This document shows positions 50,623 to 61,845 of a stretch of DNA of 64,000 bases, piece after piece. The notes under the pieces are model-generated. The model ran no database searches. It was not told where the DNA came from and saw only the letters and a program-made list of their open reading frames with translations. Both the position numbers and the translations under genes were made by a program. The first letter of the stretch is position 1. The number at the start of each line of letters is the position of its first letter. The DNA comes from Neoechinorhynchus agilis. Lineage: Eukaryota; Animalia; Acanthocephala. The DNA is taken from positions 12,874,784 to 12,938,783 of the forward strand of contig CM121341.1 in assembly GCA_051530055.1 (NCBI GenBank), read 5' to 3'.

Positions 50623-51639
50623 ATGGATAGGCAGCTGAACAGAGTAAGTGAGCGCTTGATTTTTCCGGCGACAAAGTATCCGTCCTTGGCGAAAGGAGAC
50701 AGCCTAGGTGAAGTATTTCGACGGTCTCGTCTCTCACGACCTTCCCAATCAGAATGGAGCGAATCAGTGGTGATGGAGACTGGAGAAGCAGCGAAAGCAA
50801 TGCGCGATGAAGACGATGATCAGTTCTTTGAAGAGCTCAAATCGGTTATTTGCCCATCTTCATCAGAGGAAGAAGGAAAACTGATTGAAGATTACGAAGA
50901 ACAAGAAAGGAACGAAGTTGCTTACGAACATAAATCGCCACTTTTTTCGATTATCCAACTGTTTGCCATATCAACAACTATCGTACTATTGTCGATTTTG
51001 TTGATGTGGACATTTGTTCGCTCGTCTAGTCATCGATCTTACCTTACTGCTCAATCATATCCCCTTCCCGGTCCAATCGATACTTCTAACCTGCGACTTA
51101 AATTCCCGAAGCAGACCGATCGAACATGGCGTACGTTGGAATCGGCAATAAGACTTCTCCGTACTGGCGAACATAAAACGGCAGTCATACTTGTTGCAGG
51201 TTTGGATAAGTCTACAAATCATCGATTCGCTCGTGCGGTCAGCGATGACTTAACCGATTTTCAAAGAATGGACAACATCGTCGACATTAGTAACATGAAC
51301 TCACCTTCTAAACTAATGATCGATCAAGCACTTCAACGGGTTGTTCTTAAGAGTATCGTGGCTGTATTGACGAGTGTGGATCACTTGCAGGACCCTGTTC
51401 TTCTTTATCGGTACTGTGATCCGTATACACCGCTTTTTCAAAACCGAATTTACCTTATAGTCCTCGATCTTCCTTCTATCGATTATTCAGGTCTTCATTT
51501 CAAATCGAAAAATGAACAGCAGCTCATGGTCGAAGAGTTTCTATCTTTAAAGTGGATCAAAACCGACAAAGATGAAGAACTCATCTATCCCTTATTCGCC
51601 AGGATTGCCAATAGTCTCGTAGTTGTACATCCTGAGTAA
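50623..51639 (+). CDS. TOR1AIP: Torsin-1A-interacting protein (LAP1/LULL1)-like type II membrane protein
   Basis: Acidic N-terminus, one TM helix, luminal domain with LLYRYCD (LAP1 IFYKYCD) and terminal LFARIANSLVVVHPE (LAP1 LWSRISHLVLPVQP). Confidence 0.78.
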   Translation: MDRQLNRVSERLIFPATKYPSLAKGDSLGEVFRRSRLSRPSQSEWSESVVMETGEAAKAMRDEDDDQFFEELKSVICPSSSEEEGKLIEDYEEQERNEVAYEHKSPLFSIIQLFAISTTIVLLSILLMWTFVRSSSHRSYLTAQSYPLPGPIDTSNLRLKFPKQTDRTWRTLESAIRLLRTGEHKTAVILVAGLDKSTNHRFARAVSDDLTDFQRMDNIVDISNMNSPSKLMIDQALQRVVLKSIVAVLTSVDHLQDPVLLYRYCDPYTPLFQNRIYLIVLDLPSIDYSGLHFKSKNEQQLMVEEFLSLKWIKTDKDEELIYPLFARIANSLVVVHPE

Positions 51640-53699
51640 TCAAGAGTATGCCATAAAACAGTAGTGTTAAATAATAAAGCCTGAGTAATAGTCGTTGAAA
51701 TGGGTTGGGCGCTTGGAGGTTTTCACGTTTCTTCAATCAGCCAAATCGAAATTCTTGCAAAGATAGTGATGGTCAATGTTTGAAAATTAGCAATCGCGAT
51801 TGCTTAATCACTTAAATCAGTTTTCAGAAATGATTCGCAATTAAAACTAACCAACTCCAGATTCTCGTCTTTATGATTATACAAGAATTCGAATTAAAAA
51901 TTTGAAATATTTTAAGAGAATCATCTATGAGGATATTTGTTCCAAGATTCAATGTAAGCAGCAATTCACAATCCGCAAATGATAGTGTAAACGAAATATA
52001 CGAGCATAGTAAAAAATACCGATCATAATTCCAGTTATATCACAATAGGTTTATGTGTTATAATGAAAGGTATAGCTACGAACTAAGGATTATGGCCTTA
52101 TCAATCTAAAAAATTACGGTTTACATCTTTTACTTAAATTCTTTAAGTGGCCGAGAGTTCAATTTTCGCATTTTCGGATTCTACGCAGAAACCACGATAA
52201 ACAGGAGAGAGAGTTAAAATCTTGATGCTGAGCAGAATGATTTAGACAACCATTGCACAACGTCCAATGGTTGATGATGCATTATGTCACTGTCGATTGT
52301 TGCACTTATTTCAGCAAATCAGAATCTTAAAGGAGATGTATTCGTATATATGATATAGAACAGTCTTCGGAAAATTACAGAAGCAATTAGCGACTTTAAT
52401 TCTTTAGAAAATCATGTGTCGCTAGCAACACTCGTTTACCTCGGGTAAGCGGTAATATTCTTTATTTTTACGCTTTAATTGTTTTCCGTCTTAAGAGAAG
52501 CGCCTTCCAAAAAATTATTGCTTTTACGCAGCTTCCGTTTCAAATTTAAGTTTACAATATTTTATTCACGCGTCTAATTGCTTCCGAAATTAATTTTGAA
52601 ACAAAAAGAATGTGGTTTGTCTAGTTCTTTTCTATGCTTTCTAATTTCCGGTTTCGTAAAGTTTACTTCCGAAATTAATTGAACGGCGGGTTTAAGGTTT
52701 GAGAACTTTTCGCACTTTATGGTTCACAAATAATGGAAAGGCCTTCTCCAAAGACAAAAGAAGAAATTAGCACGCGGTCTAAGAATAAAATGAAAACTTT
52801 ATGAACAGAAGAACACTCGATATTATTTTTGTCATCTACACGAACTCGAAATTATCCTCTATGGGCGTGAATTTTCGATTTTTGTAGCCAATCAGAATTA
52901 AATTACCATCTTTGTCCTAACGCATTTCTCGGAATGTAGAAATATTTTTGAAATAAATATAGTCAATAATGCGTCTATTTTTTAAATGATAAATATGGAA
53001 AGGGTCTAATGAAATCATGTTGCTTTTCTGAATTTCAACGCTGAAAAATAAATATGTAATGGTGTTCCGTTGCTAAATTCCAAGATTTAATCATGGCGAC
53101 AACTGACTAAGATGTACCACTTTTTGTCTGTTTTTCACCTTTGGACGGCGAGGTTGATGTCTGTGGCTAATTCTTCACATCTTTAGAATTCAAACTGTCA
53201 TAAAAAATCATAAAATTCAATCATTACAATTGTCTTTCTTTTGGTAGTTTTTAACCCTGATTTAGATTCAATAATTTATATCCGATATTTCGTCCCATAA
53301 TTCCCACATTATCAAGGTTTGTCAGTGTATATTAATAATAAACAATGACAAACCTCGGGAAAATGTTGAAATTATCCGAGAAGTAAAATATCAGAAATAA
53401 ATTAGTGAATTTACACCCGGGCTTGGCAAAGCTACCAAAAGAAATTACTTTTCTTAGAAGATAATCCAAGATATTACGACTATGAACGCTTAAATTTTAG
53501 CATATAATTAAGAATTTCGCAAAACGCTAGAATCACCATTAAGCAAAAAGCATTGGTTTTAATGAAACAATCTGATTGGCTGGAATTCAAAAACCGGAAA
53601 TGACTGAAGTAAAACGGTTGAATTCGACTATGTTCGCTCTTAACCGTTCTTTACAGTTGCTCACTTATCTGAAAAAATTGTATTAAACAGAGAACAAAA

Positions 53700-54625
53700 A
53701 TGTACAATAGACGATTTACTGATTTTTCGATCGATCGATTGCTTGGACGCTCATTTTGCATGGACGATATTTTGGAGACCCCTATTCAAATACCATTCAA
53801 AGGAGGTCACTCTTCGTTTCAAACTCCATTACAAGGCATAAACGACGACAAATCGGACGAATCTGATCAAAAGCAATATGTTGAAGATAAGCTTGATTTA
53901 TTTTATGCTCCGCCCGCTTTAGGTGTTCTTAATATACATTTAGGGGCGAAAAGAAGAAAGATAAGTAAAAATTCGTTGCTAACGAAACACAAATACATTT
54001 GCGAAATATGTAACGGTGGATTTGATAGACCTTCTTTGCTAGCTCGGCATGTCAGAATTCATACGGGAGAAAAACCTTTTGCATGTTTTGATTGTCATAA
54101 AAGTTTCGCTACTACTTGTGCCTTGCGCGCTCATGCTAGAATCCACACTGGAATTAAACCGTTTGTATGTAAAATTTGCGGCAAAGCTTTTACAGCCGAC
54201 AGCAATCTTCATTATCATATGTTTACTCACAAAAGGGGAGAACTCCCACATAAATGTTTAGTTTGCCAAAAAGGATTCGCGACACCTTCAGAACTTAAAA
54301 ACCATCAACCATCGCATACAAACCAATGGCCTTTTAATTGCAAATGTGGAAAACATTTCGCAAAGCCGAATCTTTATAAACGCCATCTTATGAAGCATCT
54401 TGGTAAGTTTTTGTTTACTTTTAACTCACCAATACTTTATTTCCGTATTTTTCCATAGGTATGAAAGACGAAGAATGTCCTTTTTGCTCTAGAAAATTTA
54501 CTGTACCTTCGAAGTTGGAGGAGCACGTTAAATCAATACATGGAAAACAATATAATGGACAATACAAAGACGAACATTTTTCTTTAAACAACCTCATTGC
54601 TGCTTTTGACAAATCATCAAGTTGA
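53700..54625 (+). CDS. eh1-motif C2H2 zinc-finger transcription factor (6 fingers), two exons
   Basis: N-terminal FSIDRLL (eh1); tandem fingers with TGEKPF-type linkers; exon 2 GMKDEECPFC..HVKSIH. Confidence 0.88.
54403..54458 (+). other. Canonical GT-AG spliceosomal intron (56 nt)
   Basis: G|GTAAGT..actcac..ttccATAG|GT; splicing adds a sixth C2H2 finger in frame. Confidence 0.92.
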
Positions 54626-56142
54626 AAAATTCGTGTGAAAAATAAAATGCTTTTGTTTTTATAATTTCAAACCGGAAGTAACTCCATAATTCCCTCGTGT
54701 TAATTACAATCTGATCTGATTCGATCAGCATTCACTAACTAAAATCAGTTCCAAAATTAATTTACCGCACTGGTGCAAAAATATTTGGTAGACGAGTGGC
54801 AAAATAATTGCGGAAACCGGAAGTCGACGTTGATTAAAACCGTTTAGTTCACAATGAACATCACTGATTTTTTTTCGTTTCAGATATAATAATAGATAGT
54901 GCGCTGTTTAAAACGAATAAATCTTTAAATTGAATGATTGCGCAATTTTCGTAACTTCAAACGCTTTCCGTTTCCGGTTTTTGCCTTAATAAGATCTTAT
55001 AAAATTTTGATAACCTTCACATTTAAAACTGATTTTTCGTAGTCAGTAATCAACATTCAAATTTAATCCGTCGATTGGGTCTTCTGAAATAACGCGAAAT
55101 GTAAAGTTCCAATTCGTCTCAATAACAATCAAATTTCGTGTATACAACACTTCATCTCGCAATATCCTTCAGACTACGTTTCTCTATTTAAATTTATTAA
55201 TGTAGTTGAGGTATTAAGATTACTTGAAATAATGAATGACAACCTTCAGCAAATGGCACAAATACTTTAAATTTACTGTTCAATGAAGTATTAGGGCATT
55301 GCAGTTACAGGGATCGGGCACAAAGGGTGATAGAAATCCCGCAATCTTTCAAAAAACTAATTGTGATTTTTTACATTGAACATAATATTTTTGTAAGCTA
55401 AAAGAGACAGTAATTACGTTGAGAAATGCACTGGGAAACAATTGAATAATACTATTACGAAGTTCGGATTTCACAGCGCCTTTTAACCCAACCGATGTGA
55501 AATGTAACAATTTCAATCACAATAAAGCCTTGAATTAGTACAACGAAAAAGGTTTATTTCAATATTTTTCGTGGAGTCGTTTAAATTTGCCTATAAATTC
55601 TCTACTAAAACTGATAAATCATTTTATTTTTAAAACGCTTGAATTCTACCAATATGAAAAGTACAAAAATTAGAGGTCGCGTGTCGAAACCTGAGAGGGA
55701 TTATTAAAGAAGAATTTATATATTTCGACGAGATGTGGAGATTACAATGCCTCTCTGATAAAACATATTTTATTGCGAAAACTATTTTCTATCCGAGAAG
55801 AGAATTATGATCTCGACAAAATTACTACTGTGGGACTCAATCTCAAAGGTAATTCAAGACAAAATTATAAATATTAGCAAATATTTGGAGATTTTAGATA
55901 ATAATCCTGCTCGGATAAAACGCATTTATTGAAATATTTCATGATTGTTCGAAGCTTTTATGGCGACATATCTCAATAAATTATTTTCTATCCGGGGGGG
56001 GAGAATTATGACCGTGACATCTCCAAGAAAATATTAATTTAGACAAAGATTTGAGAAACGGGTATCCTCTTCTTGATGTTGAAATTCTTTCATAAAACTC
56101 GAAACCATCCTAACCTTTGTTATTCAGGATTGCATTTGACCG

Positions 56143-58245
56143 ATGGATAAAGACGACTTGGCTAAACTAGTGCCGATCAATTACATTGAACGGAGCGAAG
56201 ATGCATTAAGGCAGAGATTTTCTCCTATAAGACAGTTGTTAAGTACTCGTAAACTACCAATTGAAGGCTTCGACAAAGTGACTATTGATTATCTCGTTTC
56301 ACTTCTCTCTCAAATGGACAGTAACAATTATTTGAACATCGCCGGTGTCGGTGAGCGAGAAGGACGTATCGCTTCTCCTAAAGTATTTGACCGGGTTTAT
56401 GGAATGTGTCACGGAATCGGTCGTTCAGGCGATCTTTATGATGCTCAACCAAAAGCGTGTGGATCGAGTATCCTAGCGGCACTTACGAATCGCCTAGTGG
56501 TCGATGCTCTACAGGTTTCCGGATACAAACAAGCCCACGATGCATTTGTTGTTCCGATGGCTACCGGGATGACTCTTAATTTCTGTTTGCAATATCTAAG
56601 AAAATCGGCAATCAATGATGGCAGATCAGACGCAAACGTCGTCTTGTGGCCTAGAATCGACCAAAAGTCATGCATTATAGAGTAAATGGATCGGAGAGGT
56701 AGGTGGGCGAAAGGGAAAACAAAAATCTTTAATATTTATCTCGAAACTGAAATATTTTCGAATGATCTTTGTTCCCGTGCAAAGATTCGATGAGTCCTAT
56801 TTTTAATCACGAAACCTTTTGCACGAAAACCAAACGAACTTTTATTTTTTGACGAGATCAATGCTTTGTGCTTTATGGAACTAAAATTGATAGAGCTGCA
56901 AATCTTTTTCTTACTCTCCAAAGCGTTCACCATTATTACTTAAGCTTCCACGAATCCAGCCTTATTCTCTAGCATCAATTTCTTTAAAATTGTGGTGAAG
57001 ATACTTCGCCGTTTATAGTGTATTTTATTGAATTAAGAGATATTCCGAAAGGGGAAGCCTCGTCTAAATTAATCTAATCGACTGATTAATTTACAATGAC
57101 TCGTGAGGCGAGGCTTCCTCTTTCAGAATATTTCGTAACGAGAAAACTCACCGGCAATGACAAACCTTGAGAGGAAATGTCGAAACTATTCGAGAGGTGA
57201 AGTATCGGGGAAATACATCATCTGTGAGTTTAAATCCCCAGGGTAGACTTTTGCTTTACGGATAATCGCCAACTGTTTACTGAATTTTGCTGCGCTAAAA
57301 CACGATCCGTTCACCGAAAATCGATAACGCTATGCGGTCTAACGATAAAAGTGATTGAAAACGTAATAGAAAATGATCAAATCCGAACAGACGTCGATAA
57401 AGTAAAAGAAGTTATGCACTCAATTGGACGAGATAAGATTTTGTGTTTGATTTCGACCACAAGCTGCTTTGCCCCTCGAGCGGTGGACAAACTACTGGAA
57501 TTGGCCGAAATATGCCGGGATCATGAAATCGCTCATCTAATAAACAACGCGTACGGTGTTCAATCAGGGAAAATTGCTCATGACCTCGAAAACGCAGCTC
57601 GAGTAGGCCGTGTGGATTTCGTTGTTCAAAGCACAGACAAAAACTTTATGGTTCCTGTTGGTGGCTCAGTCGTATTTGCATATAGAGGTGATTTAAACGC
57701 CCTTCGAAAATCATATCCTGGTCGAGCATCAATGGCACCATCTCTGGATTTGTTTATAAATCAGCATTCTTCTTTTATTACTTTGCGACGAAAACTTGAA
57801 GAATGCTTATGTAACCCTTCTTAGTCTTGGCGTAAATGGGTACAAGTGTTTATTGCAAACGAGAAAAGAAATGTATCGAAAACTAAAAGATCGAGTTGAT
57901 GTTATAGCTGCCAAATATAATGAACGAGTTTTGAATACTCCTAATAATCCGATCTCAATGGCAATGACGCTTACGGGTTTCTCAAATAGACATGGCTTGG
58001 AGTCTGTTACTTCCATAGGATCGAAACTATTTAGCCGACATGTAACCGGATGTAGAGTTGTTCCTCTTGGCCAAGGAAAAATTACTAAAGTGGACGGAGT
58101 CGATTTCGTTAATTTCATGAGTCACCATGCCTCCTACCCTCACGCCTATCTGAATTTTGCGGCCGCGATCGGCATGAACGATACCGATATTGACCGATTC
58201 TGTAAGAAATTGGATGAAGTACTTTCTGAATATCGCAAGGAATAA
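56143..58245 (+). CDS. SEPSECS: O-phosphoseryl-tRNA(Sec) selenium transferase, three exons (56143-56676, 57318-57755, 57811-58245)
   Basis: GVGEREGR, HGIGRSGD..QPKA.GS, VPMATG, WPRIDQKSC, STTSCFAPR, NNAYGVQ, QSTDKNFMVPVGG, YPGRAS. Confidence 0.95.
56677..57317 (+). other. Candidate non-canonical intron (641 nt) with paired termini
   Basis: Removal gives DQKSCI-KSITLCG; gtaaatggatcg (56682-56693) pairs with cgatccgttcac (57303-57314); ends AT..GA. Confidence 0.7.
57040..57131. mobile_element. Palindromic MITE-like element nested in SEPSECS intron 1
   Basis: gaaaggggaagcctcgtct (57047-57065) pairs with gaggcgaggcttcctctttc (57105-57124). Confidence 0.65.
57756..57810 (+). other. Candidate non-canonical stem-loop intron (55 nt)
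   Basis: Removal fixes a frameshift and restores SLDLF-(V/I)TLLSLG; perfect agcattcttc/gaagaatgct stem. Confidence 0.8.
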
Positions 58246-59130
58246 TTTCCGATTTCGATGATTGAGCTGACTGCTTATACAAAAGAACGTTTTCTTTCCA
58301 AATCTACTGATTTAATTTATTTTAAGAAATGGTATCTTAAGTTAATGTAAAATTATATCCATTAACTTTACAATAATTTCCGATGGGAACGGGGAAACAT
58401 CTTTGTCCTCCTTTGCCTAGAGAATGCATTCAGCATTCCCTTTTTGAGAAATGATCCGGCACATTTTGTTACTTAACGGCCATCTCGATCTAAAAGTCTA
58501 ATTTTTTTACGCACAAAGAAATTGGATTTTCGAATTGCTAAGCTGATAGTTACATATAAAAGGTGGTCGTATTACTCCGACGGTCTATGTTTTTTAATAT
58601 TTAGATAGTCGCGTATTTAAGAAAATATCACATTCGAAAACTTAGTTGGAATTAATGATGCAAAATATAAACGTTCAAGAATTGCGTTGTCCTTTTGAAC
58701 CCGACTTCTATGATAGGTTATAAAAGGAAATACTAAGAATCCTTAATTTTTCATGTACATTTTTAAATTCCGACCGCACTTTCTAATTTTTGGAATGGTT
58801 TCATAGGTTTATTTATCAAAAACGATATTAAATTCTTGAATCTTGAAATTATTGAAAAAAATTAAATTTCGATGAGTGTTATCGAGATTTAGTTGAACCT
58901 TGTTCGAATTTCAAATATAGAATCAAAGTCATTCATAATGTGTATTTTAGAGTTCATTTCTTGAAAAAAAACTCCAAATCAGATTGCAGACTACATAAAT
59001 TAAAGCTATGACTACGCTTTCTCTTGCCGACATCTCGAAAACTTGTTTCGTAGCGCATTTAATAATCACAATACTTAATGGATATTGGTGAATATAATTC
59101 CTTTATAAAGAACCCTGTCTAAAATTGAAG

Positions 59131-60321
59131 ATGCAATGGACGCGCCACGTCGCAAAATCACTGCTCCAATGCTTGCGTCCGCAGAACAAACCACGAATTG
59201 CTAGTCGCTTTATCGCAGTAAAGTCCGTACATCAGTCAATGCGCCCAGTTGCATATTGGATGTTTGGTTGTGCTGGAATGTCCGCTGGTGCTATATTTTT
59301 GGGTGGAATAACCCGGTTAACCGAAAGTGGTCTGTCCATGACCAGTTGGCGATTTATTAAAGACATGAAGTTCCCTTACTCAGAAGAAGAATGGAATGAA
59401 GAGTTTGAAACTTACAAACAATTCCCAGAATGGGAATTATTGAACAAAGAGCGACAAATGACGCTTTCTCAGTTCAAGTTCATTTATTTTATGGAATATT
59501 TTCACAGAATATGGGGCCGCGGAACCGGCCTCGCGTTCCTTCTCCCGCTTGCCTACTTCTACCCTCGGATATCCACTCAAGGTGGTTCCCGGGCTAAGAT
59601 GGGATTAGCCGCGATGACTATTCTGATGGGATTTCAGGGATTTCTGGGATGGTACATGGTGAGAAGTGGACTGGAGTATGAAACTCTCCAAGACAATATT
59701 CCACGTGTTTCACAATACAGATTGACTGCTCACTTAACGGCTGCATTGGCGTTATATGGTTCTTTTCTGTGGACTGGAATTCATCTACTAAACCCCAAAT
59801 CGAATATTCTCTCATCCACTCGGCCTAGGTTGTTGATGAAGCTAACGTTGCTAAGTTTAGTATTGACCACAACCACGATCATATCTGGTGGATTTGTTGC
59901 GGGCATGGACGCTGGACTGGTGCATAATACTTACCCTGCGCCATGAAATCTTTTCTGTTAGATTTCATGGGATAAAATGTCCGGGCGGTGGATTCCCATT
60001 GATTATTGGTCACCTAAACTATCTATGTGGAAAAATTCATTCGAAAATCCATCCGCTGCTCAATTTAACCACAGAACTCTTGCAACATTTAGCTTGGCTG
60101 TCTTATCGGCGACAGGAATATTGGCTCGAAGAATTCCGATGCTTACGTTACCGGGGAATCTGATGCTTATCGCTACCACTGCTCAGTTCTCACTAGGCGT
60201 ATTCACTCTTCTTTACCAGGTTCCAATTTCGCTTGCATCAGCTCATCAAATGGGCTCAATTGCGTTGTTCTCCAGTGTTCTTTACCTTTTAGCCACTCTA
60301 CTTCGACTTCCGAAACCATAA
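59131..60321 (+). CDS. COX15: Heme A synthase COX15, two exons
   Basis: GGITRLTESGLSMTSW, FMEYFHRIWGR, QGFLGWYMVRSGL, VSQYRLTAH, SGGFVAGMDAGL, QFNHR, HQMGS. Confidence 0.95.
59938..59973 (+). other. Candidate non-canonical stem-loop intron (36 nt)
   Basis: Removal restores GLVHNTYP-KM; contains an in-frame TGA; perfect 11-bp stem ccatgaaatct/agatttcatgg. Confidence 0.72.
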
Positions 60322-60367
60322 ATTTATTAATTTGGCGTGAAAGTGATATGCTAGAATAAACCGAGTT

Positions 60368-60574
60368 TTAACGACTTTTCTGATCGAGTCTCCTCAAATA
60401 CCCAAACAAGCGATCAAATACATTTCGTCCTTGGGGTTTTTGCTGTGATCTTGCATTATGGGGGTATCCTATCGAATTGAACACTTCATCGTATTGAGGG
60501 TATATTCCCGATGGATAGCCATTAATCGATACGACTAGAATCGTGAAGATCATTACAAGCTTGGGTACTCGCAT
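60368..60574 (-). CDS. Small secreted peptide precursor candidate (68 aa)
   Basis: Signal-peptide-like MRVPKLVMIFTILVVSING; dibasic RR near the C-terminus; convergent with COX15. Confidence 0.5.
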   Translation of the reverse strand: MRVPKLVMIFTILVVSINGYPSGIYPQYDEVFNSIGYPHNARSQQKPQGRNVFDRLFGYLRRLDQKSR

Positions 60575-61137
60575 TTTAGAACAATGGACTTATTTTGTTT
60601 TAGTCTTACGCAACATGTGCTAGTTCGTTGGCATGGTGAACTAAGGGATAGTCTTACCTTTCGATTAAATTTGTTCTACTAAGGGCATTGAGTACAGTCG
60701 CCGAATATCTTGTTTTTCATGTCAATTCAGATAATCCTAAACGTAATTAACAAAGTTCATTTTGAACGCCTACGCAATGCTTCTTTATTTATAGGCAACA
60801 CGAGATTGGATATAATTTCTCCTTAAAATTGAAGCCTCTTTTTTTATCGACGTTTACTTTTTGACTCGAAGGCTCCAAAATGCTCGTCTTGTTAAACGGC
60901 TACTCTGCTAAAAATCAATATATTAAAAATCATATCGCTTTTGTAGCGACATTCGCTTCGAAATATAAAAACTAATGGAAAAATTCCATGAGTACTTTAT
61001 TTGACTTGGAATTTTCCGAGAGGAATTGAACGACGCTCAGGAACCATTAGCATTTTGAACAAATAATGTCTTTTCTATTGAGTGTTCGCTTTTAAAAATT
61101 CCAGTATTTAATTCTTCGGTATTAATGAACACGGCGG

Positions 61138-61845
61138 TTGCGATGGCAACGTGGTTTACTCTTAGTGAGTTCATTTCTCGTTGCGCATCGAATGTTTCGT
61201 CTATTACTCATCCTTGTGTTCGTCTGCTCACCTCACGTCTATGGAGATGGACCCATAAAACTTATTGATGGTTCAGACCTGAGGAATTTGAATTGGAAAG
61301 GAAGTAAAGCTATCAAAGTATCAAGTTGTTCTACCGAGCGACTTGGGATGAAAGCGAGAGTAAATCAAAAGGTACACCGGCCACTAGTTAGTTGGTATAA
61401 GCTAGTCCGAGGTCCTTACAAAGGAGGTGCACTCGGTGTTCATGACCTAATAGCCAGTTGTGGGCTTCAATACTTTTTCCAGCGAGATTACTTCGACGGT
61501 AGGATCAAACATGGAAACTGCTTAACTCGTTTAGGAATGAATCTTGAAAAGGATTTCGAAAAGGTGTATTTGTTAATCGCTAACAGCACCTATGAGCGGC
61601 GGGGTGCCAGTCTTAATCAAGAAAGTTCAGAAATATCGGAACTTGATTTGGATCGAACTCTGTATGCACAAGATGCAGTGTACTTTGCTGTTGAACATGT
61701 CCCAGTTAAATCACGAACATTCCTGCTTAACATATTCTATGTGAGTTGTAAATTTAAGCTACCACCGAAATATTCGAGTTCGCTCATTTCCACGATGTGT
61801 GCTCGGTTGCTCACTATGACAATGATTCTGATATGGATTGTTTAA
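61138..61845 (+). CDS. Uncharacterised, possibly secreted or membrane protein
   Basis: 235-aa open frame with hydrophobic N- and C-termini; no family recognised; possible GTGAGT donor at 61741. Confidence 0.45.
   Translation: MRWQRGLLLVSSFLVAHRMFRLLLILVFVCSPHVYGDGPIKLIDGSDLRNLNWKGSKAIKVSSCSTERLGMKARVNQKVHRPLVSWYKLVRGPYKGGALGVHDLIASCGLQYFFQRDYFDGRIKHGNCLTRLGMNLEKDFEKVYLLIANSTYERRGASLNQESSEISELDLDRTLYAQDAVYFAVEHVPVKSRTFLLNIFYVSCKFKLPPKYSSSLISTMCARLLTMTMILIWIV

Noticed and set aside
43939-59973. Translational bypassing as the general explanation of the inserts
   Set aside because: Matched take-off and landing codons with an immediate stop occur only in the ZNF280-like case; the 641-nt insert is far too long.
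43939-59973. Archaeal/tRNA-type bulge-helix-bulge or U12 AT-AC introns
   Set aside because: No 4-bp exon-intron helix with the expected overhangs, and no RTATCCTT 5' site or TCCTTAAC branch motif.
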